A stretch of DNA of 64,000 nucleotides. It comes from Euprymna scolopes. Lineage: Eukaryota. The stretch lies in the NCBI GenBank assembly GCA_053919585.1, contig CM132784.1. One strand, written 5' to 3'. Below, piece by piece: positions 13,701 to 28,600 of this stretch. The translations under genes and the position numbers were made by a program. Numbering within the stretch: position 1 is the first letter of the stretch; each line of letters starts with the position of its first letter. The notes beneath the pieces were generated by a model that had not been told where the DNA came from, did not search any database, and saw only the letters and a list, made by a program, of their open reading frames with translations.

Positions 13701-16700
13701 AGTGGCAGAGCTCCCCACTAAACAAACTTCCCCTGTGAGCTCATATAAATGTAAAAGAAGCATAAAAACGTTTGAAGAAAAGTGCACATGATTAATCCCC
13801 CCCCCCCCCCCCAAATAAATTGGTCAACTGTCCTAAAATGCTAGGACCGTCTTGAAATGGTGAATTATTTTACATTTCTGTGAAACCAATCCCCACTCTA
13901 AATTCTAAAATTGTTTTTGTTTTGTTTGTATCAAGTCTTCAGGATGTTCACACATAATTTTCCTTAGCCCGATCATTAACCCAAAGTCAGAGTGGCAACC
14001 TCCCTACTTTCTCATAATTGCACAAAGACCCTCTTAAAACCATGCATAATCGCCTTTTAGAAAACAAACAAACAAAAAAAACACCCAGGATTTATCTATC
14101 ATAGGAAAGGGCGGGGGATAACTGCCCTAAAGCGCTCAAATGATTCATAATGGGAAATCATTTTACATTAAATTCTAAAATAATTTTTGTTTATCTTTTT
14201 ATTAAAGTTTTTCAAGTTGTTCACATGCAATTTTCTATAAAGGTAGAATCACATATTTTGGAGAATTGGTCAGATGGGGAGGGGTAACAGAAGGTATTAA
14301 TCTACAATAATACCAAAGAAATATTGCAATGTATTCATTTTTAACCAAACCTAGATTTCGATTTCAGTTTTTGGCACATAAAATGCATTACAACTTAACT
14401 TTGAGTTCTCTAACTTCTTTTCTTTTAATGAATACATGGCATTTTAAAGCAATCACAGCATATTTATGTGAATTTACTGCAGATTATTTGGAAACCATTC
14501 ATTTCTGGAATTTCAGTAGCATATTCAGATTCCTTGCACAAAAATACTTATATGGCAAATTTCATTGCTTAGTCTTGTGTTTTAACAAAGATATAGCATT
14601 TTTACTGAAAAAGTAGTGCAAAAAATGTGACAAAACGCATATGGTCTTAAAGAGGGGAAAAATATCCAAACACACAGGGCATAAAAATAGTTATAACTTC
14701 CTTGATTTTAATTGGATTTAAAAAATTTTAAAAGATTCTTTCTTAGCTTATCAAGCTCTTTCTATATATACCAATATTGAAATATTTTAAGCCATTTAAA
14801 TTTTTTCATGTGTATTGCTAATTGTAAGTAAATTAGGTGATTAAAGTAGGATCTGTTAAATAAGTATTGGTTTCAATCAAACAAAATAGATTTTTTTTTG
14901 TTTTGGATGACTGGGCCGAAATGCAAGGTATTATTTTCATCTTATTTTTTGTGAAAAATTTAATCTACTTTAGCATCAAATAGCTTTGTTTATTGGTTAT
15001 TAAAATTATACATAATACCAGCAGGATCCATGTCCTGACATTGCCCAAGAGAAATATAAAATAAGAAAAAGAAAGAGTATTAGAGTATTAATTCTGAAAA
15101 AAAAAAAAAAAAAGCAGAAAAGAACTCGTTTCACTATAAGTAATTTATGTAATTTATCCATGTTTCAGCATTGACCTGGGAAAATATAAGATAATTAGCA
15201 GATGTACTCAGCGTTGTCTGGTATTAAACGTAGCATTAATTCCTTTTTTTAAAAAAAAGTAAAAAAAAAAACAAAAACAAAAAAAAACAGAAAGAAACTG
15301 GGGTATGTGCATGCAAGTATCATGTTATTTCTAAACAGTTTGCTTCTTGTAAGTAAAAAAAATACTAGAGCTCAGATCAAAACCAAAACCTAAAGACAGT
15401 GAGTCATGTACAATAACCATTAGGCCCGCTTACCACGATCTTTAAAAAGTGTTTTCAAAACTACTTATTCTTAACATAAGGAAGCTGTCATGTGAACAAT
15501 CCATGCATGTGCAGTCGTAAAACAATTGACAAACAGATAAAAATCTGATGACCCTCCCCCATATCAATTTTTCAATTTTGACCCCCCTTAGTAGCTCTTT
15601 TTTTTTTTTCTATATAAAAAACCAATGAAAACGTTTTCCACGTGTCTGAATACCCTATTTTCCAAATTTCAAGTTTGTAGATCAAAAATTCATTGAGTAT
15701 GTAGGTTGAGAGTTGTCCTCACACACACACACACACACACATTCTCACTTTTATAAATATATAGATGAGAAGGATATTGTAGTTTCATGGAAACATTGTG
15801 TGTAACATAAAAGGAGTTTTGTTGGAAGGCTATAGCAATGCAGTCTTGTAGGGGAATACTGTGGACACAAGTCAATGAAGTAAAAGAATGACAACAGTGA
15901 AGGAATTTCATTAATCTTCACTTTATTTAACAACATCATGTATCGCAAAAGATGGTAGGTGTCGTGAATTTCCCAAATTTTTAAATGTATCTCTTTGTCA
16001 AATAATGAATTAAACAAAAGATAATTAAAAAAAAAAAAAATCATTAAAAACCTATATCACTAAGTAAATTCAACAATTAAAATAGAATGTGTTCAATAAG
16101 TATTTCTTATTTTTGATGTAATGTGTCATCCGGGTCTTTCCTCCTGCAATGTGATTGACTGGTAGAGGCATTCTGAGAGAGACGTCGAAAGGTACACAAG
16201 TCTTGCACTATGACCTCTGCTGCATCTATAATATTTGTCCATACTATAATATACCAGATTTATTACTTATACTGAAGCAAGACTGTTCGGCTATTTCAAA
16301 TGATATATTTCCCTTTCTAGGGATCGTATCAGTTTTAAATCAAATAAAATAAATTTATGTGTGTTTCAGTGGACTGCCCCCCCCCTTCCTCCATCGTTTT
16401 AAGTTGAGTATTCCTAAAAATAAAAGCTGCTGCACCAAAAAATAAAGTAAATGTGATCTAAGAATATTTGTGTATTTGTGGAGCTTTCTGTAGTCAGTGA
16501 AGGAGAAATCCTTCTAGGCTGAGGTAACTGTTATGTTACCATCAAATGGACGTCCGTTGTGAGCACAGAAATATTAATTTGTCTAATTTCTGTTCGTTTT
16601 ATTTAATTTTTATCTAAATCTGTTCTGGCCATAGTCAGTAGACATGTTTGTTTTTTTTAGACTTAAACGATTCTGTTTTCAATCCAGTGGACCTTCCTTA

Positions 16701-18656
16701 ACAGACACAGAAGATCTAATTTCCCGCCATAAAATTGCAACAAAGAAAACAATCAATTACACAGCTACAATTGAAAGACTCTTTCAAAGGTTTAGAGTGA
16801 CTTGTGATCTATTTGTGTCAATAATATTTAATCAGCTGGACTTATGTCTACAATTGCCTACCTCTACCTGCTACTGTCTGATCCAATCACAATCAAGAAT
16901 TGTTTTACCTGACACTCAAATTAATCAACTGTAACCATTTAAAATAAAAAGAAATTCGCCTGCTTTGAATATTAAAAAAAATATAAACTGGCACTTATTT
17001 TTACGTCTCCTGAATATTTACCAATTTTACAATATTTTATTTTTATTTGTTTTCAGGGTTTTTTTTTTTTTTTTAATTTACTTTTCAAAATAGAATTAAT
17101 GCTACAGTGTAGTATCTGTTCTAATACTATACTTTATCTTTTCTCTCCTTGGTGATTGAAGAAGAAATCTTTCTGGATTCTGGAAATTATTATTTTTGTC
17201 CCAATCTGGTATGCTCCTTTTTAAAACCCAACATTATGCTCCCATGAAAAGGAAACTAAACAAGAACATAGTAAATGACGGTGAAAGTGCAGACTAGTCA
17301 ACAGTCGATAAATCGTAAGCTGAAAAACCTTGTATTAATTTGGGAAAATATATTGATGTTAATTCTATTTAGAAAAGTAACAAACGTTTGTATTTTAATT
17401 AATATAAAAATATGATACAGTAGAACTTCGGAGTACAGTTTTTTCAGGTTATAATGTGGAATACAATGTTTTCCCAGCCCTTGGTTATAGTATTTGCCCC
17501 CCCCCACCTTACAGTGTTATTTATAATGTTATTTGATTATATACACGTATATTATATACTGTACTGCATTTTGTTACTAAATTTGAATATGTACTGTATA
17601 AAATTTTGCTTAGGCCCCGCCATACAGCGATTTCACCTTATGATCCCAACCCTGGAATGGAGTAATGCCGTATCTCGGGGTTCTAATGTAGTTAACTTTG
17701 AATGGAAAAGTTTAGTTTTATTATTTTTTTTAAATATAATTAATGTTAAAGTGTGCTGTCTGCTCTGCTGCCACACTTAATATTTTCTCTCATCTGTGAT
17801 TGCAGAGAAAATACTTGTAGATTGTGGAAATCTTTTTTTTTTTTTTTTTTTTTGTCACAATCTGGAGGGCCCCTTTTTAGGGGGATAGATTTTTCCCACA
17901 GTAAAAAATTGAACATAGTAAATGATGGTCAAATTGCAGAATAGATAAGTCGAGAAATATTAAACTGTTAAACAACAACAATGTATATTTTATGTCAAAT
18001 ACATCCATGTTAATTCTATTTTAAAAAATAAAATTTTTATGTATTTTTGTTTATAAAATATCTAATACTTAACTTTTTACAAAATTATGACATGGGATGC
18101 AATATTCTTTCATTCCTCAAATATGATCATGACTGGAAGGATTAAAGTAAAACTGAGGGAGCATTCGTTCTGTACATGAAGGATTAAACATGGTTTGTAT
18201 GAGAAGAAATAAAGTATTTGTTAAAAGTAATTTTTTTGTAGCAAAATTATTTTTGTTGTAAATGAAGGCGTTTTAATAAAGAAATAGGAGGCACTGCTTT
18301 AATTTCTATTGTTTTTTGTTTTGTGATCCACTTCAAAGCATGTATTCTTTTGATAATAAAATTTAAGATATTTTCAAAAAGCTTCATCAGTGAATAATTT
18401 TTACTGCTGCAATCAAGCAAAAAAGAAAAAAAATCAACATATACAAATTATTAATTTCGCTTATGTCCTCTTTTCTCTTTTTTTTTTATTCCAGACCAAT
18501 CGGAATTCTTTTTAATTTTATCTTTCTGTAGGTGAAAGTTAAGACTGGTATATTAAAATAATTAAAAATCACGATTGTTGTATTAAAACAATAATAAATT
18601 TTATTTTCTTTCAAAATGTCTCATTAAAATTCTATTAATTAAAATAATATGCACTG

Positions 18657-18693
<37 letters not shown>

Positions 18694-19562
18694 TTATTTT
18701 TTTATATATATAAAAAAAATAACTAAGGAACACAGACTAATTTTTCTTATTTTATTGTTTTTTCCTTTTTATCTATTCATTTTTTTCCCCAAACCATTAC
18801 AAATCCTTTATCTGTTTTCAATATAAAATTGCCCACATATTTTTTCTTTATCTTATTCTTAATTACATTATTATTATAATTATTATCACTCAAAAGCCAT
18901 ATGAACCCTTTTAACTACTTTAATTAGATTTCTTTTTTTTAGGCAATTCTTGATTTTCTTTTTCCTACTGTTAATAGAAATTCTGGCATTGACCCTTCAT
19001 TTAATCAATTCCTGGTTTCAATATAAATCACTTATTTCATATTCTTAGACTTAATTCCGCCTCCTCCTCATCATCATCATTGCCATCATCATCTTGTCCG
19101 CCTTTATCTTTTTCTTCCCTTCCTTCTGATAACTTTAATAATATATTCCTTTATCATATTTAAATTTTTTTAAAATATTGTAACTGACGTATTAATTAAA
19201 ATGTTATAAATTCTAACATTAACAATATCTAACTTTCAGTAAAATTAAATTTTGTTATTATTTGAATTATAATAATTATCAATATTAACTATTAATAGTA
19301 CTAACATAATACTTGGCCTTCGGGACAAGATCAAAGTGTAGTATCTATTCTTCAGATGCTGCACTTCAATTTCTTGTTCTGTCGGTGGAGGGGAAATCCT
19401 TCACGACTGAGACAATTTTTATTTTTGTTCCTTTTCTCCTTTTATTTTTTGTTCCTTTTCTCCTTTCTCATTAAAAAACAAGCCTGGTGTCTAACTCTGT
19501 CCTGTGTGAAGGCATTGTAAGTAGGAACTATTAATAGTATTGTTTTTTTTTTAAATCATAAC

Positions 19563-19615
<53 letters not shown>

Positions 19616-22600
19616 TAAGATTAACATGCATTAATACTATTTGTTTCCTCCACAATAAAAATTTTTTTATTCTGAAATTATCCACTTATTGCTATTTTTA
19701 TTAAAATAATTTCAATATTATCCTTTACATTTTTCTATTTAATTATTCGAATTATTAAATATTTAAAAAGTTTAAATGTTATTGTCTATAAATTAGCTAC
19801 CCATTTATATTTTAATTGCTGTTGTCATTATTTCACTAATTTTATATTCACTTGATATGTTTAAACATATTTTTCAGAGCTATATCAGCTTATTATAAAC
19901 TACAGATTTTATTAGGTCGTTACAAAAATAATGGCTAGGTTTTAAAGTCATTTTGTCATAATGGCTGATTTTTAAAGTCATTTTTACACAGAATTTGTAC
20001 TTCATTTCTGGTAATATAAATATATTTGAACCATGGGAGAATCTCGATAATGAACATGCCAAAACTGATGAACAACTTTAGCATAATGCCTCTGAAATTC
20101 CTGCCAATATCAATGAAGGACATAGACAGATCCACTAGTGATCAGGCAGTACAAAGGTGGTTCCAGAAATTCCATGGTGGATATGAGAACCTTGAAGATG
20201 AAGAAGATAGCTGTGTATCCTTGACAATAATTGCAAGCACTTGTTGAGCAAAATTTGTGTAAAAAAAAAAAAAAAAAAAATGCTATCAGCATTGCAACAA
20301 TGTCATCATTTACGTGGTATTGTAGGATAGAAAAAGCTTGATAAATTAGTTTAATGAGCATTAAAAATGTAGCCATTTTAAAGTGTGTTTGATACTCTGT
20401 CTGCATAACACGGCTTACTCCTTTTCTTGACCGCATAGTCATTTGTGACAAAAAGTGGATCAGGTTAATGATAATCGTGAATGATCAGATCATGATTGAT
20501 CCCGAAAGTTGTACTAACCGCACTAGCAGTGATCGCCTGATGATCTGCATTAGGTGTTATCCACTGCAGTTTTTTGCCAAACTATCAGAGCATTAGTGCT
20601 GGGATTTATTGCAATCAACTTGCTGATATGTATACTCGTTTGCAAAAAAAAAAAAAAAAAAAAAAAACACATTGATGAATTCGACCTGGTCCAATTCTGC
20701 TTCACTTTGTTTCATTTTACTTGTATCAAAATTCTCAGAAATTAAGGGGCTTAATATGAGATGCATAAATATTCTATTAAAGTTCTTACTTTTCAAACAA
20801 TGAGTTAGTAAAGAAATTGAGAACATTATTTCCCTCTCCCCAATTCTAATGTTATAGTATACCATTCCTGTGGGTCCTGGATATGACCTTAAACTATATC
20901 CGATGGTGAGGCCCCAGCTTGTGGGCTTTGGGGAGTGTGGAGCCACCCTTTAATTGCCATTGTTCCCAGGTCCATTCTGACCTAGAGTGGTAGTACCTGT
21001 TAGGGTCCCAACTATGGGTTGAATAGAAACTTAAAAAAAAAAAAAAAAAAATATTCTATTAAAAACTTTTTCTTCAAAATCACTGGATCGGCATTAAATG
21101 ACCTAAAAAGGGTTGATATGCCGTAAACCAACCAACCATTCCTGTGGACTCTTTATCTTAGAGGATTCCAGGACAAGAATTCATCTATTCTGGTGGAGTA
21201 TCCAACTTCATACTGTTACCTGAGGTAACATTCCTTGTAAAAGCCAGTGTTGGTTTGCCATACCAAGGAGATCTTGTTTCTGCTGTGAATACTATATGAT
21301 TGTTAATATTTAGTTAGGGTTTACCTGTAGCAAAAAGTATCCTCATGCCAGATTGTCCTGACAAACCCCTGTACAGAGAAATCTTAGACACTCAAGGATA
21401 ATGTCTAGTAGGCATTCAAGTTTTCTTCCTCTGGATGTGGCGCCACATGTTGCAAGAATGATTTGCAGAAACTCAAACTTGGAATATGAGATTTTACCCC
21501 ATCCTCCATATTCTTCAAATGTTTTGCCAACTTGTAACATAGCACAGACGGCTATATGCAAATGCATGCAAAATGGCGTCACTGCTAAAGAAAGAAAGAG
21601 AAAGTGACATAACATTTGAGATCATGTGAGAGATATGGAACAAGATAACGTTCAAGATGATGTGGATGACGTCGCAGCGGTAACAATGAGAAAATAAATG
21701 TTGTTACAAAAAAAAAAAAGTGAAAGTGAAGTTCTTTACTATTCTTGTCCGCTTTGCGGCTGACTTATAAAGTGTGGTTGTTCCCGGACAACGGTACATA
21801 TTGGTTATAAATTTTTAAGCACTTAAGCAAATTTTTAAATGGTAAAAATTTCCAGTTGAAAGAAAAAATAGAATCAAATTTCAAAGCTTTTGTTGCATAT
21901 AACTTTTTATCAACGTAGATCAATGGCAGATATGCACAGCTGGTCAAGGCTCATATTTAGATTGATTTGGCCATTTCTACATTTGAATTTCCATGAATAA
22001 ATATGTTCTCACATCAGCCATTATTTTTGTAATCACTTAATGGTTTATTTTTTCTATTTATAAAATCTCTCTAAAATTTAGTTTTTATATTACCAAGAAA
22101 TTATATATAATTTGATAGTTTATTTATCCTTTCAGTTATATTTGTTATATTTTTATGTACCTTTATGTAAGCAATCTATATATATATATAAAAGTGAACG
22201 TGTCTGTGTGTCTGTCTGTACATTTCCCTACGCAATAACTCTGTCAATTTTTAGTCTACGCACTCGAAATTTGATATACAGGGAACTGAGATTTGGGAAA
22301 ATCGATGTGATCGGTTTTCGGACAGAAATTTGGCTGTTAAGGAGTCAAAGTTCAACGATTTGACCTTTGAGAACTCTACTAAACTCCTCCGACAATTTTG
22401 GGTCTACGTACTTGAAATTTTAGATATAGGTTCCTTGGACATGGATCTAACTTAATTATTTGATTTGAGCTCAAAACAATAAATTTTAAGGGGTCATAAT
22501 AGGGGTCAAAGTTAAAAAAAAAAAAAATTGACCTCTGCGGTCTCTTCCAAATTACTCAGACAATTTCTGGTCTAAATATTTGAAATTTTACATAAAGGGT

Positions 22601-25600
22601 ATTCAGAGATAGGGAAAGCTTTTTCATCAGTTTTGGTCGAAAACTTTTAGTTACCAATATATAAATGTATGTATGTATGTTTGCATGTCTGCCTTAAACT
22701 TTCAATAGAGGCGATGGATTTTACCAAGATCAGTATCATTTTAAAGTTCGACCTTTCATACGACAAATATTGAAAAATTGGCTAAAAACATTAATATCTT
22801 CCCCTTCAACTAGGCACTTTTCTACGGAAGGGGGGGGGTCACTTTTTTCGCCAATATTTTTGAAAGTTATCCTCTCCTTTAGATTGTCTATTAATTTCAC
22901 AGTTTTGTTATGCAATGAAGCATTGTTTTTTGTGAAGAAAGCAGCTAACAAAATGTTTGATACTGGTTGGAACAAAATTTGTATTATCTGGATTATTTCA
23001 AACAGTAAGAGAAGCATAAGTTATCGTTTAGTTTTTTCTTTTTTTTACAAGAGAGGCGATTTATCAAGACGAAGGCCACCTAAGGATAAGGATTAATGAA
23101 TGTAAGATGGTAGAGTAGTAATAATGGTGTAGATTAGGTAAAATTTGGATTATTTAAAGAGATGGGTCAACAGGAACTTGTTTACATTGTACTTGAAAGC
23201 TACAATATTGTAGTTGGTCGGGAAGCAAACCAGTGGAACAGTGTTTCACAGGTGGGAAATTCTAGGAAAGAAACTTTGTTCATAGAATCTGTTTAGATTT
23301 AGGCATAGATAAATTAAAATTTTTGATAATGGTAGTTTATGGAAAACNNNNNNNNNNNNNNNNNNNNNNNNNNNNNNNNNNNNNNNNNNNNNNNNNNNNN
23401 NNNNNNNNNNNNNNNNNNNNNNNNNNNNNNNNNNNNNNNNNNNNNNNNNNNNNNNNNNNNNNNNNNNNNNNNNNNNTTTCGTTTTCTTTTTTTCTTTCGT
23501 TTTCTTTTTTTCTTTCGTTTTCTTTTTTTCTTTCATTTTCTTTTTTCTTTCGTTTTCTTTTTTCTTTCGTTTTCTTTTTTCTTTCGTTTTCTTTTTTTCT
23601 TTCGTTTTCTTTTTTTCTTTCGTTTTCTTTTTTTCTTTCGTTTTCTTTTCTTTCGTTTTCTTTTCTTTCGTTTTCTTTTCTTTCGTTTTTTCTTTCGTTT
23701 TCTTTTCTTTCTTTTTCCTTCGTTTTTTTCTTTCGTTTTNNNNNNNNNNNNNNNNNNNNNNNNNNNNNNNNNNNNNNNNNNNNNNNNNNNNNNNNNNNNN
23801 NNNNNNNNNNNNNNNNNNNNNNNNNNNNNNNNNNNNNNNNNNNNNNNNNNNNNNNNNNNNNNNNNNNNNNNNNNNNNNNNNNNNNNNNNNNNNNNNNNNN
23901 NNNNNNNNNNNNNNNNNNNNNNNNNNNNNNNNNNNNNNNNNNNNNNNNNNNNNNNNNNNNNNNNNNNNNNNNNNNNNNNNNNNNNNNNNNNNNNNNNNNN
24001 NNNNNNNNNNNNNNNNNNNNNNNNNNNNNNNNNNNNNNNNNNNNNNNNNNNNNNNNNNNNNNNNNNNNNNNNNNNNNNNNNNNNNNNNNNNNNNNNNNNN
24101 NNNNNNNNNNNNNNNNNNNNNNNNNNNNNNNNNNNNNNNNNNNNNNNNNNNNNNNNNNNNNNNNNNNNNNNNNNNNNNNNNNNNNNNNNNNNNNNNNNNN
24201 NNNNNNNNNNNNNNNNNNNNNNNNNNNNNNNNNNNNNNNNNNNNNNNNNNNNNNNNNNNNNNNNNNNNNNNTTTATATTACTATGGTGAAGGATAAGTTA
24301 ATGTGTAGAATTTAGTTTTGGTGAAGGACTTGGTGTTTACAACAGTTTGGTGCTCCAGCCTATTTTGCCATCTAGGTTGATTGAATAGCAGTTTCTTTAA
24401 ATGCATTGTATTCACTAGACCTTAATCCTCTTGATATTTTTTTTTTTTTTTTTTATGAGGTATATTAATAAGGAAATTTTATTCAAGAAAAATCAGATTC
24501 ACTCTATTGACTTGATAACGAGTGAATGTTCCAAAATTGAAGACGATGTGGACCTATATGGTATCAACTTCACAAAACTTTTACAAAACACAAGGACCTG
24601 TGGTATAACGGATAGTGTACTTGGTAAAATTTAGTTGTGAGTCACACTTTTCTGAAGGTTAAAGGTTCAATCCTCAGGGCAAGTGATACTCAGAAATACA
24701 ATTGTGAATTGTTTAGGACTTCTACCTGGTCGTGGCTGATGGAATGAGAGCATACTACCCCTGTAGATTAAATAAAAGGTTCTATTCAGATTCCCGAGTT
24801 TTATAAAGTAGGTTGTATTTGAAAATAATATTTGAGATGAGAACAGTAATCCAAATAATACAAATTATCAATCCTCATCTAAAAAATTAATATATCAATA
24901 TTTTCATGATAAATAAGAGTACATATTGAACATGTTATTTGAATAAAACCTTGTATTTTTTACCCATGTATCTGGAACTAATGGACATTGTGTGCACACA
25001 TACATTTCAAAATTATTAAAACCCATTGTTTGTCTCTTCTTTAACAGGCTGTTCGTTGTCTTCAAACTCCAAACCGTCAGGCAGCTCGTGCCTGTGCCAG
25101 CACCCCAGAAACAGCCAGAGGCCTTGCAGCTATGCAACAACAACAGAATTTGGTTAAGAAAATTGCAGGCAAGCTTGGCGCCAAGCTAGGTCTATCCAGC
25201 CCTTCAAGATTGCGATCAACACAGAACAGCTCTCCAAATAAGAAAACAACCAAGGCTAAAATTTCACAACCCAAAGTTTCACCCCGAAATAGCATTCAAA
25301 CTAATGATCTCCGAACCAAGAAACGTTCACCTGGACGTCCTCCACTCCACAGAAAACTGAAAGAAAGGGGCACACGTGCAAGAACAGCACCAGTGCATAT
25401 TATTCCAGAACCCAAGAAACGCACAGTTGTAGTAAGAAGTGGTAAACCAGGGGTTTTACGGACCTTAACTAAGGTAAGAATATGTAGTGTGTACCCCCAT
25501 CTTTTATTTAATCTAATAACTAATTAAATCTAATAAAATTATTTAAATCTAATATAATAATTAACTTAATAACTAATTAAATCTAATAAAACTATTAATC

Positions 25601-28600
25601 CTTAGAGTTTATCTGCATTGCCAAGACTTTTCTGTGTCAGACCCGATTTCAACTAAATCTTCAGAAAGTGTTACAGATTAATCAGATTTAATTAATGAAC
25701 AGTTTACAATAAGTAATGTTTAGTCGCATTCATTAGCCAAAAAGAGGTTGATTATGCCATGAAATGGATTAGTGGAACGGGCCATTTAGAATATTGTTTT
25801 GCATTAAATCATCCCCAAAAAGGGTTGGTGTATATGCCATAAAATGGACAAACCGAATAAAATCAATTAATAACATTTGAGAAACGAATTATCACTGTCG
25901 ACCAGGGGAAGAATCTACCAGGCATATGTATACTTTATAATGATGTATGCAAATGAAATCTGAATACTGTCGAGGGTATGCGTTATATAGAGAGAAATTA
26001 TATGAGAATGATAGGGTGGATATGTAATATGAGTCGGGCTCAAATCTGGCGAGTTTAGACCAGATTAAATCTGGACAAAAGCGGTAGATACCTGCAGAAC
26101 AAGAGACTTTGATAATTTGGCCACATTGAAAGAATCAATGAGTTTGTAGGGCAGAAGATATAGAACAATTGAGGCAGTAGGGGAAGGCTAAGGAAAACAT
26201 GGAAGGAAGTGATAAGGATAGACTTGAGAAAAGAAAATGGGATAAAGACCTGGCCAGAGATGGGTTAGGTCGTAAGTTAATTTTTAAAAGCCGTCTCAAC
26301 ACCTGCCAACTGGAAGGTGATTGCTGTTTAGCGTCGAGCATTTGTTTCTCCAATATCTTTCTGGTGCTGGATATGACCTTAAACTATATCTGATGGTGAG
26401 GCCCCAGCTTGTGGGCTTTGGGGAGTGTGGAGCTACCCTTTAATTGCCATTGTTCCCAGGCCCACTCTGACCCAGAGTGGTAGTACCTGTTAGGGTCCCG
26501 ACTATGGGTTAAATAGAAACGGACTTCAAAAAAAACAAATAAATTCTATTAAAAATTTTTTCTTCAAAATCACTGGATTCGGCATTAAATAACCTGAAGT
26601 GTTGATATGCCATAAAACAAAAACAACCAACCAATATCTTTCTAGAAAGACATCGGGTATTTACAGGAAGAACGATGTGGAAGTTGCCAATAAGCATTGG
26701 GGTACCAGAGGTGAACGGTCCTAGTACCGAGAAATATTATGAGAAAGGGGAATAATTTGACTACAGCCCACCTGCCCGATTGCTTACAATTGCAGATGTT
26801 ATTTTCTGTGAAAAATATCTTCATGCAGAAGTTTTCTTGCACCATTTTGCTTATGAAATATGTCCATACATGATACACCCACATACGTGCATGTAACTCC
26901 TTTGAACCATAAAACTTGAATTATGGGATCAGATGCCTTCCTATAAGCTCTATAAGGCATCGCTGCTCGATATTAACTTCTTAAGTAATGATAGTGATAG
27001 TTTTATTGTTGTGAATTGGTCATTTCTCTCTAAACATCACAGAAATGGAGAAATAACCAGAGAGGGTCAGGGTTCATTATAGTTCAGTAAATAGCTCCTC
27101 ATAAATCCGTTCTATAGGACTTTTTTCTTTGGAAGTAAATGTTTCATTTTTTTTAATTTAAAATACAAAGAAACCAACAAAAACAAAAAAAAAAACGCAT
27201 TAGTGTTTGCCTAAAACTAGTGGGTCGATGCTTCTTGTCATGAAATGGAGGTGGAAGTGGTACAGCTACCAAACGTATTAGTCATCAAGTATCTAGGGAC
27301 TGTATGTTCGAATCGTGTTAGGTCTACCAATTTTTTAAGCGCAGAAATCTTCATATGTTAAATGTAGTATATTTAAATCGCATGTGAAATACCATTTTTC
27401 GTTTGTCTATCATGCTAAAGTTTGAAGTAGGACTTTTTGCAGTCTATCGTGTATAAGTTTGAAAAAGAGTTTTTACCACTAAACATGCTGAATGAATCGA
27501 CACACATTAAGAATATTTTTTTTTTTTAAATATAAAATGCTGTCATTGCAAAAAGAAGTTTAAAATTTTAAATTCTTGAATTTCTATTCTTTCAGTGCCA
27601 GAATAGTAACTACACAACCAGCGCACAATCCCCGAAAACGTTCAGCAAGACTAGTAGCCACAACAAGCCGATCCGAAGTGCCACTCATTTATCTCCCAGG
27701 AACCATTCCAACTCGGTTGTATCCATGGTGCCTAATAAACTGTCAGAGAACCTGCCCAACCGTCAGAAGAAAGTTCCACAGAAAGGCAAACGCAAGTTGC
27801 CGTCGCGTCCTGTCACAAAATTGACCAAAAAGGTTTGGAAACAGAATGGCCCTTCCGATGGACCCCTATCGCCTACTACAGGCCAATTATCCAGAAGAAA
27901 ATCCAAACGCGAAACTGTTACTGCTTCCAGCAGTCGATTGCAAAAAGCCCGTCTGGGAGCTCAATCCCGCTCGGATCCTGAACCGCGGGTCCAACCCTCT
28001 CGCTTTTCCAAGCGTCTATCTTTACAGATGGCTCAAAAAGCAGCTATGCTCGAAGAACGTGAAAATAATAAAATAAAGCCGCCTCCCCCAAAGAAAGCAA
28101 AATTGTCCTTGCCAGTGCAAGCGCCAGCCGTTTCCACGGTTACCCCTGTTTTCCAGCCCACGTCATCTGCGGCGACTTCCCTACCTCAGCTGTTCTCCTC
28201 TCCGACGACAACTTCGGTGCTAAACGTGAAGTCCGCTTCTCCCTCTGTGAACTCTCCCATCTGTCAGAACGGCTTGTATCATCACCATCATCATCACTAC
28301 TTCCATCATCTCCACCAGAGGTCGCAGCAGCAACACCACCATATGCATCACCATATGCACCATCATCACCCATCCCCATCACCATTGCATATCCACCAGC
28401 AGCAGTATCATCAGCACCAACATCAGCTGAAACAAAAACAGCAGCAGCAGCATCTTGTAACAAAGCAACATTCGCTAAAACATTTCCACTCTGCAAAGCA
28501 AGATCCGATAAAACAGACGACTAAACAAACTAACAAGCCAGCTGCTAAGCTGCAGCAGCAATCGACTTTAAAGCTGCAAAAGCCGCATCAGCCTCTCTCT

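Larger units (their letters stand above)
20130..21540 (+). pseudogene. Decayed mariner transposase interrupted by nested insertions
   Basis: [18 protein letters not shown] (HTH), [12 protein letters not shown] (first catalytic D region), [12 protein letters not shown] (YSPDL motif). Confidence 0.8.

Noticed and set aside
16644-16934. Possible extra JARID2 exon (96-aa ORF after ttttag)
   Set aside because: No similarity to JARID2, no convincing donor, and flanking exons already join in phase.
19312-19352. Functional U2 snRNA gene
   Set aside because: Similarity ends after about 45 nt; stems IIa, III and IV of U2 are absent; treated as a retroposon head.
23246-24315. Long ORFs of 316-330 aa in the track
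   Set aside because: Artefacts of N gaps and an 18-bp stop-free tandem repeat. A hidden JARID2 exon in the gaps cannot be excluded but is not needed for phase.
26640-26800. Possible R4/Dong reverse transcriptase remnant
   Set aside because: Similarity too faint to support by eye.
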